A DNA stretch of 64,000 nucleotides from an uncultured cyanobacterium (GCA_963706595.1 OY970166.1:2144001-2208000); one strand, 5' to 3'. Shown: positions 31,724-42,362, counted from the first letter of the stretch. Made by a program: numbers and translations. The notes: generated from the sequence alone by a model not told the origin.

Positions 31724-33739
31724 ATGAATGGTCAAATTTTGGATGCACGTTATCAAATTCTCAAAGTTCTGAATGTGGAGGAGGTGGTCCAAACATATTT
31801 AGTGGAAGATGCTATGCTTCCGGGTCGCCAATTGATCATCAAGCAGCTACATCCTGGTAGTGATAATCTCCAAGAGTTAAGAACTGTGCGTGGGTTATTT
31901 GCAGATGAGGCAAAAAAGTTACAGCAGCTGGGAGAAGAACACGACCAAATCCAAAATTTAGTTAATTCTTTTGAAGATAATCAAGAATTTTATCTCGTTC
32001 AAGAATACATTATTGGTAATAACTTAACCGCAGACATTAGCCTGGGAATACCTCTGCAAGAAGAACAAGTAATTAGTGTTTTATCAGAAGTATTAGAAAT
32101 TTTGGGATTTGTACATAGTCGGGGAGTGATTCACCAGGATATTAAACCAGCAAATATCATTCGTCGAGAGTCAGATAAAAAGTTAGTGTTGGTGGACTTT
32201 GGTGCTGTTCAGGAAATTGTGACTACTATTGTTGGTAATCTGGAATATGTGCCAGTGGAACAATTGCGCGGTGAACCCCAGTATAACAGTGATATCTACG
32301 CTTTAGGAATAGTGGCGATCGCGGCACTGATCGGTTTACCATCTCAGAAAATCTCTAGACTACAACATCAAAAAAGTCTACTCACAGGCGAGATTATTTG
32401 GCGGAACAAAAATATCACAGTCAGTAAAGAATTAGCCAAAATTATTGACAAAATGGTACGTTTTGACTATCGTCAGCGCTACCAATCTGTAACTGAAGTT
32501 TTAAACGATTTACAGCAATTAAAAAGTCCTAAATATACTCAACAAAAACAGCTTCATCCACAACTTGGGTTAATTTTAGCTGGGATAGCTAGTTTTATCG
32601 GGATTATGACAGCAACGTGGTGGTTACAATCCAGACAAACTGTAGTTACTGAAGTTAGTTTTGAGCAATTATATCAGGAGGGATTAAGAAAATATCAATC
32701 AGGAGATTATCAAGCTGCAATTGAGGATTTTACTCAGGCGATCGCCCTTGATTCCCAAAATGCTTTGGCTTACAATAAACGAGGTGATGCTTTTTATCAG
32801 CTAGGAGATTATGAGCAAGCAAAGGCAGATAGTAGTAAAGCAATTGAGTTAAATCCTCAAAATGCCAATGCTTACTATGATCGAGGATTTGCATTATATG
32901 AATTAGGCAAATACAAAGAAGCAATTGCTGATTATACAAAAGCTATTGAATTAAATCCTGATAATGTTTACGCTTATTATGGACGAGGTTTAGCCCTGGT
33001 GAAGTTGCAGGAGAATAAAGAGGCTAATGCAGATTTTAGCACAGCTATCAGGCTGAAACCTGATTATATTGAAGCTTATTTAGAAAGGGGTATTTTGCGC
33101 CGTCGGCTGAAAATTTATAAAACAGCGATAGAGGATTTTGATGCTATAATTAAGATTAATCCTAATGATGCTAGACCTTATTATCAAAAAGGTTTAATTG
33201 CCGCTAGTAATAATCAAAAGTACGCCGCTATTAGTGAATATACAGAAGCAATTAATCGCAATCCAAATTATGCAGTAGCCTATCTCCGACGAGGGGATAT
33301 ACAGAGTGAATTGGGTTACAAATTAGAAGCTACTGAAGATTATAACACAGTTTTAAAACTGAATCCTAAATGGGGTGCTGGTTATAATCATCGAGGTATT
33401 CACCGTTTTTCCTTCGGAGATTATAAAGGCGCAATTGAAGATCATACTAAAGCCATTGAACTCAATTCTCAGGATGCGGCGGCTTTTAATAACCGTGGTA
33501 ATGCTAATTCGCAGTTGTGGTATCTTAAAGCTGCTAATGCAGATTACACTCAGGCGATCGCGATTAATTCTAAATACGGTTTAGCTTATTATAACAGAGC
33601 AGTGAATCGCGCGAAACAGAAAAATAAAAAAGGTGCGATCGCGGATTTTCAACAAGCTATAAAACTATTCCGAGAAAGTGGGGAAAGAAAAAGTCTTCAA
33701 GATGCACAGAAAGAACTTAATCTATTACTAAATAGGTGA
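31724..33739 (+). CDS. Ser/Thr kinase-like domain + TM + TPR repeats
   Basis: HQDIKPANII, VDFG, SDIYALG; central hydrophobic helix; about 10 TPRs. Confidence 0.9.
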   Translation: MNGQILDARYQILKVLNVEEVVQTYLVEDAMLPGRQLIIKQLHPGSDNLQELRTVRGLFADEAKKLQQLGEEHDQIQNLVNSFEDNQEFYLVQEYIIGNNLTADISLGIPLQEEQVISVLSEVLEILGFVHSRGVIHQDIKPANIIRRESDKKLVLVDFGAVQEIVTTIVGNLEYVPVEQLRGEPQYNSDIYALGIVAIAALIGLPSQKISRLQHQKSLLTGEIIWRNKNITVSKELAKIIDKMVRFDYRQRYQSVTEVLNDLQQLKSPKYTQQKQLHPQLGLILAGIASFIGIMTATWWLQSRQTVVTEVSFEQLYQEGLRKYQSGDYQAAIEDFTQAIALDSQNALAYNKRGDAFYQLGDYEQAKADSSKAIELNPQNANAYYDRGFALYELGKYKEAIADYTKAIELNPDNVYAYYGRGLALVKLQENKEANADFSTAIRLKPDYIEAYLERGILRRRLKIYKTAIEDFDAIIKINPNDARPYYQKGLIAASNNQKYAAISEYTEAINRNPNYAVAYLRRGDIQSELGYKLEATEDYNTVLKLNPKWGAGYNHRGIHRFSFGDYKGAIEDHTKAIELNSQDAAAFNNRGNANSQLWYLKAANADYTQAIAINSKYGLAYYNRAVNRAKQKNKKGAIADFQQAIKLFRESGERKSLQDAQKELNLLLNR

Positions 33740-33744
33740 ATATA

Positions 33745-33883
33745 AGAACCCCACCCCCAACCCCCTCCCCGCAAGCGAGGAGGGGGCTTTAAATTTGCAA
33801 ATATTTTTAACCTCACTCCGGTTTTAACTTGCGTGAAACTCTCCCCTCTCCTTACTAAGGAGAGGGGTTGGGGGTGAGGTTCT
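33745..33883. repeat. GC-rich palindromic repeat pair (REP/MITE-like)
   Basis: GAACCCCACCCCCAACCCC...GGGGTTGGGGGTGAGGTTC; CCCCTCTCCTTACTAAGGAGAGGGG related to 4785-4810. Confidence 0.65.
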
Positions 33884-33937
33884 ATATTTTATTAAAAGCG
33901 TAATTTCATAGGGATTAGTCATTTTTGTAACTTTATG

Positions 33938-33946
33938 GGGAATACT
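33938..33946 (+). promoter_or_regulatory. Possible SigJ-type -10 element GGGAATACT
   Basis: Exact match to the consensus I recall for Nostoc SigJ promoters, 41 bp upstream of ATG 33988. Confidence 0.35.
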
Positions 33947-33960
33947 AAAATTAATATTCT

Positions 33961-34962
33961 TTGTCAAATGAAGGCAAATTTTCACGAATGGACTGGAAAA
34001 CAATACTTAAAGCACAACAGACTGATTTTATCGCCAGACTAGAATCTGGTGATTTACTACATTGTGACAAAGAAGGAAAGCATAGTGAGTTAACTGTCAT
34101 CTCCGGTGAGAGGTTAAAGCAATTACGGGATTTTTGCTGGGAGATGGCTGAAAAATATAGACGAACTGCTTCAAATCCTATTCGTGATGTCTTCTTCAAC
34201 AACATGAAGGGAAAACTGGGTGAGGAAGTTGTCAAAATTCGGTTAGCTGACTTTGTAACTGAGGTTGACTATGAAAAACGCATTGGTGGAGATGGAAAAG
34301 TTGATTTTACCTTAACTTCTGACTCATCTGTTGGTATTCAGGTTAAAGCTCGTTATGGCGATTTTGATCAAATTCAATGGTCAATTAGCCGAGAAGAAAT
34401 TGAAAAAAATGCCGTTCTGGTTTGTATTTTAATTCAAGAGGAAGTGAGTGAAGCTCAGGCTGAATATAATCTTATTCTAGCGGGTTTTTTACCAACTGAT
34501 ATGATTACTTTGACTGGTGATAAAGCTTCAGTGGGAATAAATGAATTGCTTTATGCTGGAGGGTTACGTGGCTATTTAGATAGTTTAATATCATCCAAAT
34601 TTGATAAATATATTGATTTGGCTAAAAAATGCTTTAATAAAGAAGATTATGAAGGTGAGATCGCTCATTATAATCAAGCGTTAGAAATAAACCCAAAGAA
34701 TGCTGGTGCTTACAATAACCGGGGGAATGCTCGCTCTGAATTAGGAGATAACCAAGGTGCAATTGATGATTATACTGAAGCTATCAAAATTGACCCCAAT
34801 TGTGCTGATGCTTACTATAACCGGGGGCTTTCTCACTCTATCTTAAAATCCAGACAATCTGCAAATAAAGATTTTAGAACTGCCGCAAATTTATATAAAA
34901 AATCAGGAGATGAAACATCTTATCAAGATGCTATGAAAGAAATTAGAAAGATTATATTATAA
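33961..34962 (+). CDS. TPR protein with N-terminal PD-(D/E)XK nuclease-like domain (start may be ATG 33988)
   Basis: KGKLGEEVV...DGKVDFTL...IQVKAR spacing; C-terminal TPRs (AYNNRGNARSELGD). Confidence 0.7.
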   Translation: MSNEGKFSRMDWKTILKAQQTDFIARLESGDLLHCDKEGKHSELTVISGERLKQLRDFCWEMAEKYRRTASNPIRDVFFNNMKGKLGEEVVKIRLADFVTEVDYEKRIGGDGKVDFTLTSDSSVGIQVKARYGDFDQIQWSISREEIEKNAVLVCILIQEEVSEAQAEYNLILAGFLPTDMITLTGDKASVGINELLYAGGLRGYLDSLISSKFDKYIDLAKKCFNKEDYEGEIAHYNQALEINPKNAGAYNNRGNARSELGDNQGAIDDYTEAIKIDPNCADAYYNRGLSHSILKSRQSANKDFRTAANLYKKSGDETSYQDAMKEIRKIIL

Positions 34963-34994
34963 GTACCTGATATCACTTTTAACTAATAACCCAA

Positions 34995-35027
34995 AGATCC
35001 CCGACTTCTTGAAGAAGTCGGGGATCT
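34995..35027. terminator. Perfect 16-bp hairpin between convergent genes
   Basis: AGATCCCCGACTTCTT-G-AAGAAGTCGGGGATCT. Confidence 0.6.
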
Positions 35028-35135
35028 GATCCTCTCGCTATTTGTAAAAGTCATTTTTTTAAACGAACCGCCAAGTACGCAAAGTACGCAAAGTACACAA
35101 AGAGAAGAAAAATCAGAAACAATAACTAATCATCA

Positions 35136-35882
35136 TTACTCTAAATCAGGTTCTACACCCAAAGCCCGCAATTGTTCAATCAACCGTTCTTTTTGCCGTC
35201 TTTCCTGTTCTGTGCGTTCCCTTTCCGCTTCCGTCGGAGTCAAAACCCAATTACCTGTACTATCATACCAACGTAACCAAGGCTGCTGAATATTGTGATA
35301 ACTTCCTTCCCAAACACCCAAACCTAACTCAATTTCTGGAATCCAAAAACGGGAATCTGATAAAATAACTTCCGCATAACGACCACCATCTAATTTAAAC
35401 ATTTTAAATTCATATTTATAACGGTCAAAAATAGCATAATAAGGAATCCTTAAAATCTTCTCGTATACTTCCCATTTTGTCGGCGGTTTTGCCACATCTC
35501 GCAAAGTCTGTCCTAAATCTTCCTTCTCAGTTCCAGGTGAGAGTAATTCCACAATAATAAATGGACTAATTCCCTCTTGCCAAACCACATAACTCAGACG
35601 TAAATCACCATTTTTATAAAGCGGCGAAACATCCACAGCCACAAACCAATCTGGTCTTTTGTACCATGTCGGATGATGGGGGTCATAATAAAGATTCATA
35701 TCACTAGCAGTAAATATCTTGTCGCTAGGATAACTAGGCGAGTTAAAACTTTCGTCTAACAAACGCGGTTGTAATAAATGAAAATGATCAGGTAAACCAG
35801 GTTCCTCTGGATCTTCACTCATGAGATCATACATAGTGGGTAAAACTTCTTCGGGAGAAAGGGGTGGATCAGTTTGATACAT
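35136..35882 (-). CDS. Uma2 family (DUF820) endonuclease-like protein
   Basis: RPDWFVA, IIVELLSPGTEKED, KWEVYEKILRIPYYAIFD, C-terminal coiled coil. Confidence 0.9.
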   Translation of the reverse strand: MYQTDPPLSPEEVLPTMYDLMSEDPEEPGLPDHFHLLQPRLLDESFNSPSYPSDKIFTASDMNLYYDPHHPTWYKRPDWFVAVDVSPLYKNGDLRLSYVVWQEGISPFIIVELLSPGTEKEDLGQTLRDVAKPPTKWEVYEKILRIPYYAIFDRYKYEFKMFKLDGGRYAEVILSDSRFWIPEIELGLGVWEGSYHNIQQPWLRWYDSTGNWVLTPTEAERERTEQERRQKERLIEQLRALGVEPDLE

Positions 35883-36038
35883 TAGAGAACACTACTGTAT
35901 AACTCCTCCCTCCATTATGACTTTCTCCGCGTCCTTGGCGGCTTGGCGGTTCGATAAAATTCTTCTACCCTGTTGCGAAACCTTAATTAATTGATACACT
36001 TGTTCTTCATTAGCCATCAGCCCAGTTAAACAGCGCCT

Positions 36039-39000
36039 ATGGTACACGTTAAGCGCGTGGAACTTACCAACTTCAAATCCTTCGGTGGTACTACCTCAGT
36101 CCCTCTACTACCGGGGTTTACTGTCATTTCTGGGCCAAATGGTTCGGGTAAATCTAATATTCTCGATGCTTTGCTGTTTTGCTTGGGACTTTCTAGTTCT
36201 AAGGGTATGCGGGCGGATAGATTACCGGATTTGGTAAATAATAATCAAACTTCTAGGGGACGGGCTTCGATTGAGGCTAGTGTGACGGTGACTTTTGATT
36301 TGTCGGGGGAGGATGTGTCACGCAGAGGCGTAGAGGCGCGGAGAGAAGAGGAGGAGGATGTCTCACGCAAAGGCGCAGAGGCGCAAAGTGAGGAAGAAAA
36401 TGAAGAAATTCCCCACTCCCCACTCCCTACTCCCCACTCCCCTCTTGAATGGAGTGTGACTCGGCGGTTGCGGGTGACTCATCACGGGAGTTATACGTCG
36501 AATTATTATATGAATGGTGTAGCTTGTACTCTGACTGAGTTACATGAGGAGTTGAATAATCTCCGCATTTATCCAGAGGGGTATAATGTTGTGCTGCAAG
36601 GGGATGTTACTAGCATTATCTCGATGAATGCTAAGGAACGTCGGGAAATTATTGATGAGTTGGCTGGGGTTTCGGCTTACGATCGCAAGATTATTCAAGC
36701 GAAGAAAACTCTGGATGAGGTGAAGGATAAGGAAGATAGTTGTCGGATTATTGAGACTGAGTTGACTACTCAGCGCGATCGCTTGTCTCAGGATCGGGCG
36801 AAGGCGGAAAAGTATCAAAAACTACGCACGGAATTTTTGGCTAAACAGTCTTGGGAGGCGGTTCTCTCTTGGCGATCGCTTCAAGCACAACAAGAAAAGT
36901 TAATTGGGGAAATTCAAGCAGGCGATCGCACTTCTACTGAATTAAATTCTCAACTCACAGCCCTCAATTCCCAAATTTCTCAGAAAAGCGCTGAATTAGA
37001 AGAACTCAATGCCCGTGTCAAGGCTTTGGGTGAAGAGGAACTTTTGGCGGTACAATCTACTCTGGCGACTCAAGAAGCAGAACGGAAACAACTCCAACGC
37101 CGACAAGCTGAGTTAAATACGGCTATTCAGGAAACTGTGAAGCGGTTAGCGCAAACTCAGCAGGAAGTTACACAGTATCAGCGTTCTTTGGCGGAATTTG
37201 CCCAAACTCAGGTTGTCGAACAGCAATCTATTCTCTCCTGTCAGCAACAACGGGATGAAGCCCAACAAGCTTTAGATGCTTCTCGCGCCGCAGCAGCAGA
37301 AATCGCCACCGCTTCGGAAGCTTGGGTACAGCAACAAACGGCTTACAATCGTCAAATTGAAGCTTTACTGCAAACTCTCGAACCCCAGCGCACTGAACAA
37401 GCCCAACTCAGGGAACGCCATGATCAGTTACAGCAGTTAATTACAGAACAAACTCAGCTAATTGCGACTTTAGAACCAGAATTAGCCGCTAAGGAAACTG
37501 AATGTAATCGGGTGGAAACGGAGTTTAACGCTTCTAGTGAACCCATCCAAAATTTAGCCGAAAATCTCTCAGCGACAGAACAAGAATTACAAATCCAACA
37601 GGAAACCCAAAAGCGACTTCTGCAAGAACAACGGGAAAAACAACGCCAGTTGGATAAAATTGAGGCGCAAGCCCAAGCCCAACAGGAGGTACAAGGAACC
37701 CAAGCAAGTAAAGTTATATTACAATCTGGATTGCCGGGGCTTTGCGGTTTGGTTGTTCAATTAGGTAAGGTGGATTCTCGCTATCAGTTAGCTTTGGAAA
37801 TCGCTGCTGGTGGGCGTTTAGGGCATATTGTGGTAGAAGATGACAGTGTAGCCGCAGCCGGTATTGAATTACTGAAACAAAAACGCGGTGGTAGGGCGAC
37901 TTTTTTACCTTTAACTAAGATTAAAGCTAGTAAGTTTACGCAGGATGCTACTTTGCGTTATGCCAATGGTTTTGTTGACTATGCGGTGAATTTAGTGGAG
38001 TGCGATCGCCGTTATCAAGATGTTTTTAGTTATGTATTCGGTAATACTGTAGTTTTTACAAATATTCAACAGGCGCGCCCCAATATCGGACTGTATCGCA
38101 TTGTCACTTTAGATGGGGAATTGTTAGAAACTAGCGGCGCGATGACTGGGGGAAGTAGTAATCAGCGTTCCTCGTTGCGGTTTGGGAAAGGAGAATCGGC
38201 GGAATCTCAGGAAGTTGTGGCTTTAAAGAGTCGCTTGGCAGATATTGAACGAATTATTGAACGTTGTACCGAGGCGATCGCTACTTTAGCAGCCAGAACC
38301 AAAGAACTTACCCAAGCCCTCACAGAAGCCAGACAGGGGCGACGAGAACAGCAGTTACAGTTGTCACAACTGCAAAAGGATATTCAGGGTTTAACAGCCC
38401 AATTAGAGGGGACGCAATCGCAACTTACCCAAAACAGCGAAAAAATCACCGTCGCCCAATCCCGGTTGTCAGTTTTGGATCGGGAATTACCAGGACAGGA
38501 AACTGAACTGCAACAATTGCGACAAGCTTTAGCCGAGTTGGAAGACTCTCAAACCCCTAGTGAATGGCAAGAAATCCAAGTAACTATTAAAAGCCAAGAG
38601 CAACAATTGCAACAACGAGAGGGAGAATTAAGGGATGCCCAGCAAAGATTAAAAAATTTGGAAATTCAGCAATTGCGATCGCAAGAGAAAATCCAAGAAG
38701 CTGAAACCAAGATTCACCAATATCACGAACAGCAAAATAGCCAACAAAATCAACTCAACACCCTGCAAAATCAGCATTCTGAACTCAACAATCAAATTAG
38801 CGAAATCCAGGCGAAGCTGAGTCAAATGGAGCAGAATCTGGGGGCAGAAAAACAAAAACGTGACGCAACAGAACAGGAAGTGCGATCGCAACTTCTCAAA
38901 CAACAACAACTGCAATGGGAAATTCAAAAACTCCAAGAAACCCAAACAAAGCGGCGAGAAGATTTGACAGCCTTGCAAAACCAACTGCGAGAAACTGGCG

Positions 39001-39692
39001 CAGAATTACCCAATCCTCTGCCAGAAGTCCCCGATAAAGTCGATTTAGAGGAATTGCAAAAAGAACTACGCAGCCTAGCCAAACGCTTACAGGCGATGGA
39101 ACCCGTGAATATGTTGGCTTTGGAAGAATACGAACGCACCAACAACCGTCTTCAGGAACTAACAGAAAAATTGCAAACCCTAGAAGGGGAACGCACCGAA
39201 TTACTTTTACGCATTGAAAACTTTACCACCTTGCGGCAAAGGGCTTTTACAGAAGCCTTTGATGCTGTGAACGAAAACTTTCAATCGATTTTCGCCATAC
39301 TTTCCGACGGTGACGGCTATTTACAATTAGAAAATCCTGAAGATATTTTTAACAGTGGACTAAATTTAGTCGCCCACCCCAAAGGTAAACCAGTCCAGCG
39401 TTTAGCTTCCATGTCCGGCGGTGAAAAATCCCTCACAGCCTTAAGTTTTATCTTCGCCCTGCAACGCTACCGTCCCTCGCCATTTTACGCCTTTGACGAA
39501 GTAGATATGTTTTTAGATGGGGCAAACGTCGAGCGATTATCTAGAATGATTAAACAAGAAGCCCAACAAGCGCAATTTATAGTTGTGAGTTTGCGTCGTC
39601 CGATGATAGAATCAGCCGAGCGCACCATTGGCGTAACTCAAGCACGAGGAGCTTATACTCAAGTTTTGGGTATTAAATTAAAATCATCTTAA
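36039..39692 (+). CDS. smc: Chromosome segregation protein SMC
   Basis: NFKSFG, GPNGSGKSN Walker A, hinge GRATFLPL, MSGGEKS, FDEVD. Confidence 0.98.
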   Translation: MVHVKRVELTNFKSFGGTTSVPLLPGFTVISGPNGSGKSNILDALLFCLGLSSSKGMRADRLPDLVNNNQTSRGRASIEASVTVTFDLSGEDVSRRGVEARREEEEDVSRKGAEAQSEEENEEIPHSPLPTPHSPLEWSVTRRLRVTHHGSYTSNYYMNGVACTLTELHEELNNLRIYPEGYNVVLQGDVTSIISMNAKERREIIDELAGVSAYDRKIIQAKKTLDEVKDKEDSCRIIETELTTQRDRLSQDRAKAEKYQKLRTEFLAKQSWEAVLSWRSLQAQQEKLIGEIQAGDRTSTELNSQLTALNSQISQKSAELEELNARVKALGEEELLAVQSTLATQEAERKQLQRRQAELNTAIQETVKRLAQTQQEVTQYQRSLAEFAQTQVVEQQSILSCQQQRDEAQQALDASRAAAAEIATASEAWVQQQTAYNRQIEALLQTLEPQRTEQAQLRERHDQLQQLITEQTQLIATLEPELAAKETECNRVETEFNASSEPIQNLAENLSATEQELQIQQETQKRLLQEQREKQRQLDKIEAQAQAQQEVQGTQASKVILQSGLPGLCGLVVQLGKVDSRYQLALEIAAGGRLGHIVVEDDSVAAAGIELLKQKRGGRATFLPLTKIKASKFTQDATLRYANGFVDYAVNLVECDRRYQDVFSYVFGNTVVFTNIQQARPNIGLYRIVTLDGELLETSGAMTGGSSNQRSSLRFGKGESAESQEVVALKSRLADIERIIERCTEAIATLAARTKELTQALTEARQGRREQQLQLSQLQKDIQGLTAQLEGTQSQLTQNSEKITVAQSRLSVLDRELPGQETELQQLRQALAELEDSQTPSEWQEIQVTIKSQEQQLQQREGELRDAQQRLKNLEIQQLRSQEKIQEAETKIHQYHEQQNSQQNQLNTLQNQHSELNNQISEIQAKLSQMEQNLGAEKQKRDATEQEVRSQLLKQQQLQWEIQKLQETQTKRREDLTALQNQLRETGAELPNPLPEVPDKVDLEELQKELRSLAKRLQAMEPVNMLALEEYERTNNRLQELTEKLQTLEGERTELLLRIENFTTLRQRAFTEAFDAVNENFQSIFAILSDGDGYLQLENPEDIFNSGLNLVAHPKGKPVQRLASMSGGEKSLTALSFIFALQRYRPSPFYAFDEVDMFLDGANVERLSRMIKQEAQQAQFIVVSLRRPMIESAERTIGVTQARGAYTQVLGIKLKSS
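36308..36443 (+). repeat. In-frame repeat-derived insertion in the smc head domain
   Basis: Two CACGCAGAGGCG(T/C)AGAGGCGC-type units plus a (CCCCACT)n STRR. Confidence 0.75.
39472..39688 (+). repeat. Left direct repeat (smc 3' end) bounding the glycan island
   Basis: Near-identical to 49290-49486. Confidence 0.92.
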
Positions 39693-39796
39693 TAAAGCAT
39701 TAATAAAAAATAATTTTTTGTGTTCTGGATAAATGAGAAGTAAATTTTAACATAGCTCACGATTATATAAGAGAATATTGCCTAAGTGTCAGTAAA

Positions 39797-40675
39797 CTAA
39801 ATATCTTGCAATTTAGTTTTAAAAAATCCCAAAATATTAGCTAATTGTGAGATAAATAATAAGCCAAAAATAAATATTTTGGATGGTTGCTGATATTTTT
39901 TTACAAATGGATAAGTTAGTAGTTGAAAATAAAAGCGCAATGGTTCAACTTTCAAGGATGTTTGATTACGGCGAAAACGAATTTGATGAAAGTAAAATGC
40001 ACCACAACCGTAATTAAAATGTTGTCGCCAAAATCTCGATAAACTGAGATGATGGGAATGATATATTATGGCTTGAGGAACATAATATAAAAAATACCCG
40101 GAAAATAGCCAGCGATCGCAAAATTCCCGATCTTCTCCCGCAGCTAAAGGAAAAGTAATATCAAACTGTCCTACTTGGTTAAATAATTCTCTAGAAACCG
40201 CAAAGTTATTAGAAGCGAAAAACTGAGCTTGACCAGAATCTATATTGTAATATTCGTAGATATAATCAATAAGTAATTGACTAGCTGTGGAGTAAAGGTT
40301 ATCTGGCAGAGCGTTGATGGTTTTTCCCCCTAAAAGAGCATTTGGAGTCTCCAAGAAGCCATTTTCGAGGGCTAATAGCCAATTTGGTTCAGGGGTGCAA
40401 TCATCATCAGTAAATGCTAAATATTGACCTTTGGCTGCGTTAGCACCTGTATTTCTCGCTGTAGCTGGTCCAGCATTAGCTTGTCGAATTAAATTGAGTT
40501 CCATCTCGTTATCATAAGATTTCACTAGCACATCAAGAGGGCGATCGCTACCATCATCGACAATAATAACCTCAAAGCGATCGCGTGGGTAATTGAGACG
40601 AGTTATGGAATCTAAGCAAGTCTTTAATCTTTCAGGACGATTATAGGTAGGGATGATAATTGAAAAAGTTAGCAT
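39797..40675 (-). CDS. GT2 glycosyltransferase
   Basis: SIIIPTYNR, VDDGS, AGPATARN, FTDDDC, GEDREF. Confidence 0.9.
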   Translation of the reverse strand: MLTFSIIIPTYNRPERLKTCLDSITRLNYPRDRFEVIIVDDGSDRPLDVLVKSYDNEMELNLIRQANAGPATARNTGANAAKGQYLAFTDDDCTPEPNWLLALENGFLETPNALLGGKTINALPDNLYSTASQLLIDYIYEYYNIDSGQAQFFASNNFAVSRELFNQVGQFDITFPLAAGEDREFCDRWLFSGYFLYYVPQAIIYHSHHLSLSRFWRQHFNYGCGAFYFHQIRFRRNQTSLKVEPLRFYFQLLTYPFVKKYQQPSKIFIFGLLFISQLANILGFFKTKLQDI

Positions 40676-40695
40676 CGCTATGGTTGTAATACGTT

Positions 40696-42159
40696 TTATT
40701 GGGAGTTGGTTTTAGGAGAAGATCGTAATAAGGCAACTAGGGTAAAAATATGGGAAAATAATTCAGGAAAAAGCAGTTTTATGGAGAGAGTATACACAAT
40801 AAATCCGATGATAGAGCAAATGATTAAACTGAGTTGAAGACTAAGAATAGGCGTGAGAGATTGTTGAATGATAAAGATAACTGAAACCATGATCATTGTA
40901 CTGATAACAGGGGCTAAAAATTGAGATAAATAGGTTTTCCAAGACAGAGAAATTAATTTGCCTAAAAACCATTGTCCTAAAGGAAAAACCAGATAATCAC
41001 TAATGACATAAGCACCCGCAACGGCTAAGATTCCCCACTGCACAGCTATCAAACAAGCAAGAACATTAACAATAGCATTCAGCAAGCCTAATTTCATCTG
41101 TATTGAAGGTTGACCCATTGCGACAAAAGCAGAGCGTTGAAAAAAAGAAACGGCTCGAAGAATTCCCGTTAAGGGAAGAATTTGTAGTATGGGAATTGCA
41201 CTTCTCCATTGTTCACCAAATAGGGTTATTACTAATTGTGGACTGAGAATAATAATCGCAGAAAAGACGGGAAACGCAATTAAACTGGTAAATTGAGTAG
41301 CTCGATAAAAAGCAGATAGAAACTGTTTGGGTTCATCTTGTAAGCGAGAAAAAGTGGGTAAAGCAACTTGATTTAAAGTTCCAATCAATAATTGAGTTAG
41401 AACTTGTAAAATTCGATGGGAAATTGCATAATAGCCTAATGCCACTTCTCCTAAAAAATAACCAATTAATAAATTATCTGTCCTTTGATTAAAAAATTCT
41501 AATAATTTATATCCTAAGAGATTAAGACTAAACCTATATAATTGGGATAAGGCTTGCCAAGAAAATTGGAATTTAGGTCGCCATGTACTAGCTGTCCATA
41601 AAACAATGACACCTATGATTTCATAGGTTAACTGTTGTCCCACTAAACTCCAAACTCCATAACCCCAAAAAGCCATTAAAATTCCCACTATTCCAGCAAT
41701 GAGAATGCCTAATAAAGAACGAGTAGCCATGACTTTAAATTTAAATTCACGTTTCAATAAAGTCACTTGAGTTTGGCTAAATGAGGCGATAATAAACAGT
41801 ATAGAAAGAACTTGAACAATCAGATTTAAACGAGGTTGATTAAAGGTAAAAGCAATGAGATTAGCACTACTCAACGTGATAGTTGTTAGCAAAAAACCTA
41901 CAAAAACTTGTGTCCAAAAAGCAGTATTGATATCTTGTTCTTCTAAGTTCTGTTTTTGAATTAAAGCATGAGCAAAACCTTGATTCAAGAAGATTTGCAT
42001 AAAGTTAATAAAAACATTAGCTAATGCTACTAGACCGAAGGATTCTGGGGTTAATAAACGAGCTAAAATTAAAAAGACAATAAATGAGCCAGCTTGACTT
42101 CCCCAATTTTGAATCCCCGACCAAAAAACTCCCTGAATAGTTTTGCTTTTAATGTTCAT
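40696..42159 (-). CDS. Wzx/MOP polysaccharide flippase (WzxC-like)
   Basis: LARLLTPESFGLVA, DNLLIGYFLG, many TM helices. Confidence 0.9.
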   Translation of the reverse strand: MNIKSKTIQGVFWSGIQNWGSQAGSFIVFLILARLLTPESFGLVALANVFINFMQIFLNQGFAHALIQKQNLEEQDINTAFWTQVFVGFLLTTITLSSANLIAFTFNQPRLNLIVQVLSILFIIASFSQTQVTLLKREFKFKVMATRSLLGILIAGIVGILMAFWGYGVWSLVGQQLTYEIIGVIVLWTASTWRPKFQFSWQALSQLYRFSLNLLGYKLLEFFNQRTDNLLIGYFLGEVALGYYAISHRILQVLTQLLIGTLNQVALPTFSRLQDEPKQFLSAFYRATQFTSLIAFPVFSAIIILSPQLVITLFGEQWRSAIPILQILPLTGILRAVSFFQRSAFVAMGQPSIQMKLGLLNAIVNVLACLIAVQWGILAVAGAYVISDYLVFPLGQWFLGKLISLSWKTYLSQFLAPVISTMIMVSVIFIIQQSLTPILSLQLSLIICSIIGFIVYTLSIKLLFPELFSHIFTLVALLRSSPKTNSQ

Positions 42160-42362
42160 TTGAGGTTTTTAACTATCATAAGTGTAACCTGATAGGAATG
42201 AATAACGTTAGCTTAATTCAGTAAATTTTATAAGGGACAGTTTCAGATAGACCATTCCTTGAAATATTGCCCTGTAAATTTGCATAGTTTAAAACTAGAT
42301 GGACGGTGAAGAAATTTATTCATTTTAATCGTTAATTAATCAGTTATTTGTAAGTGTAAAAT

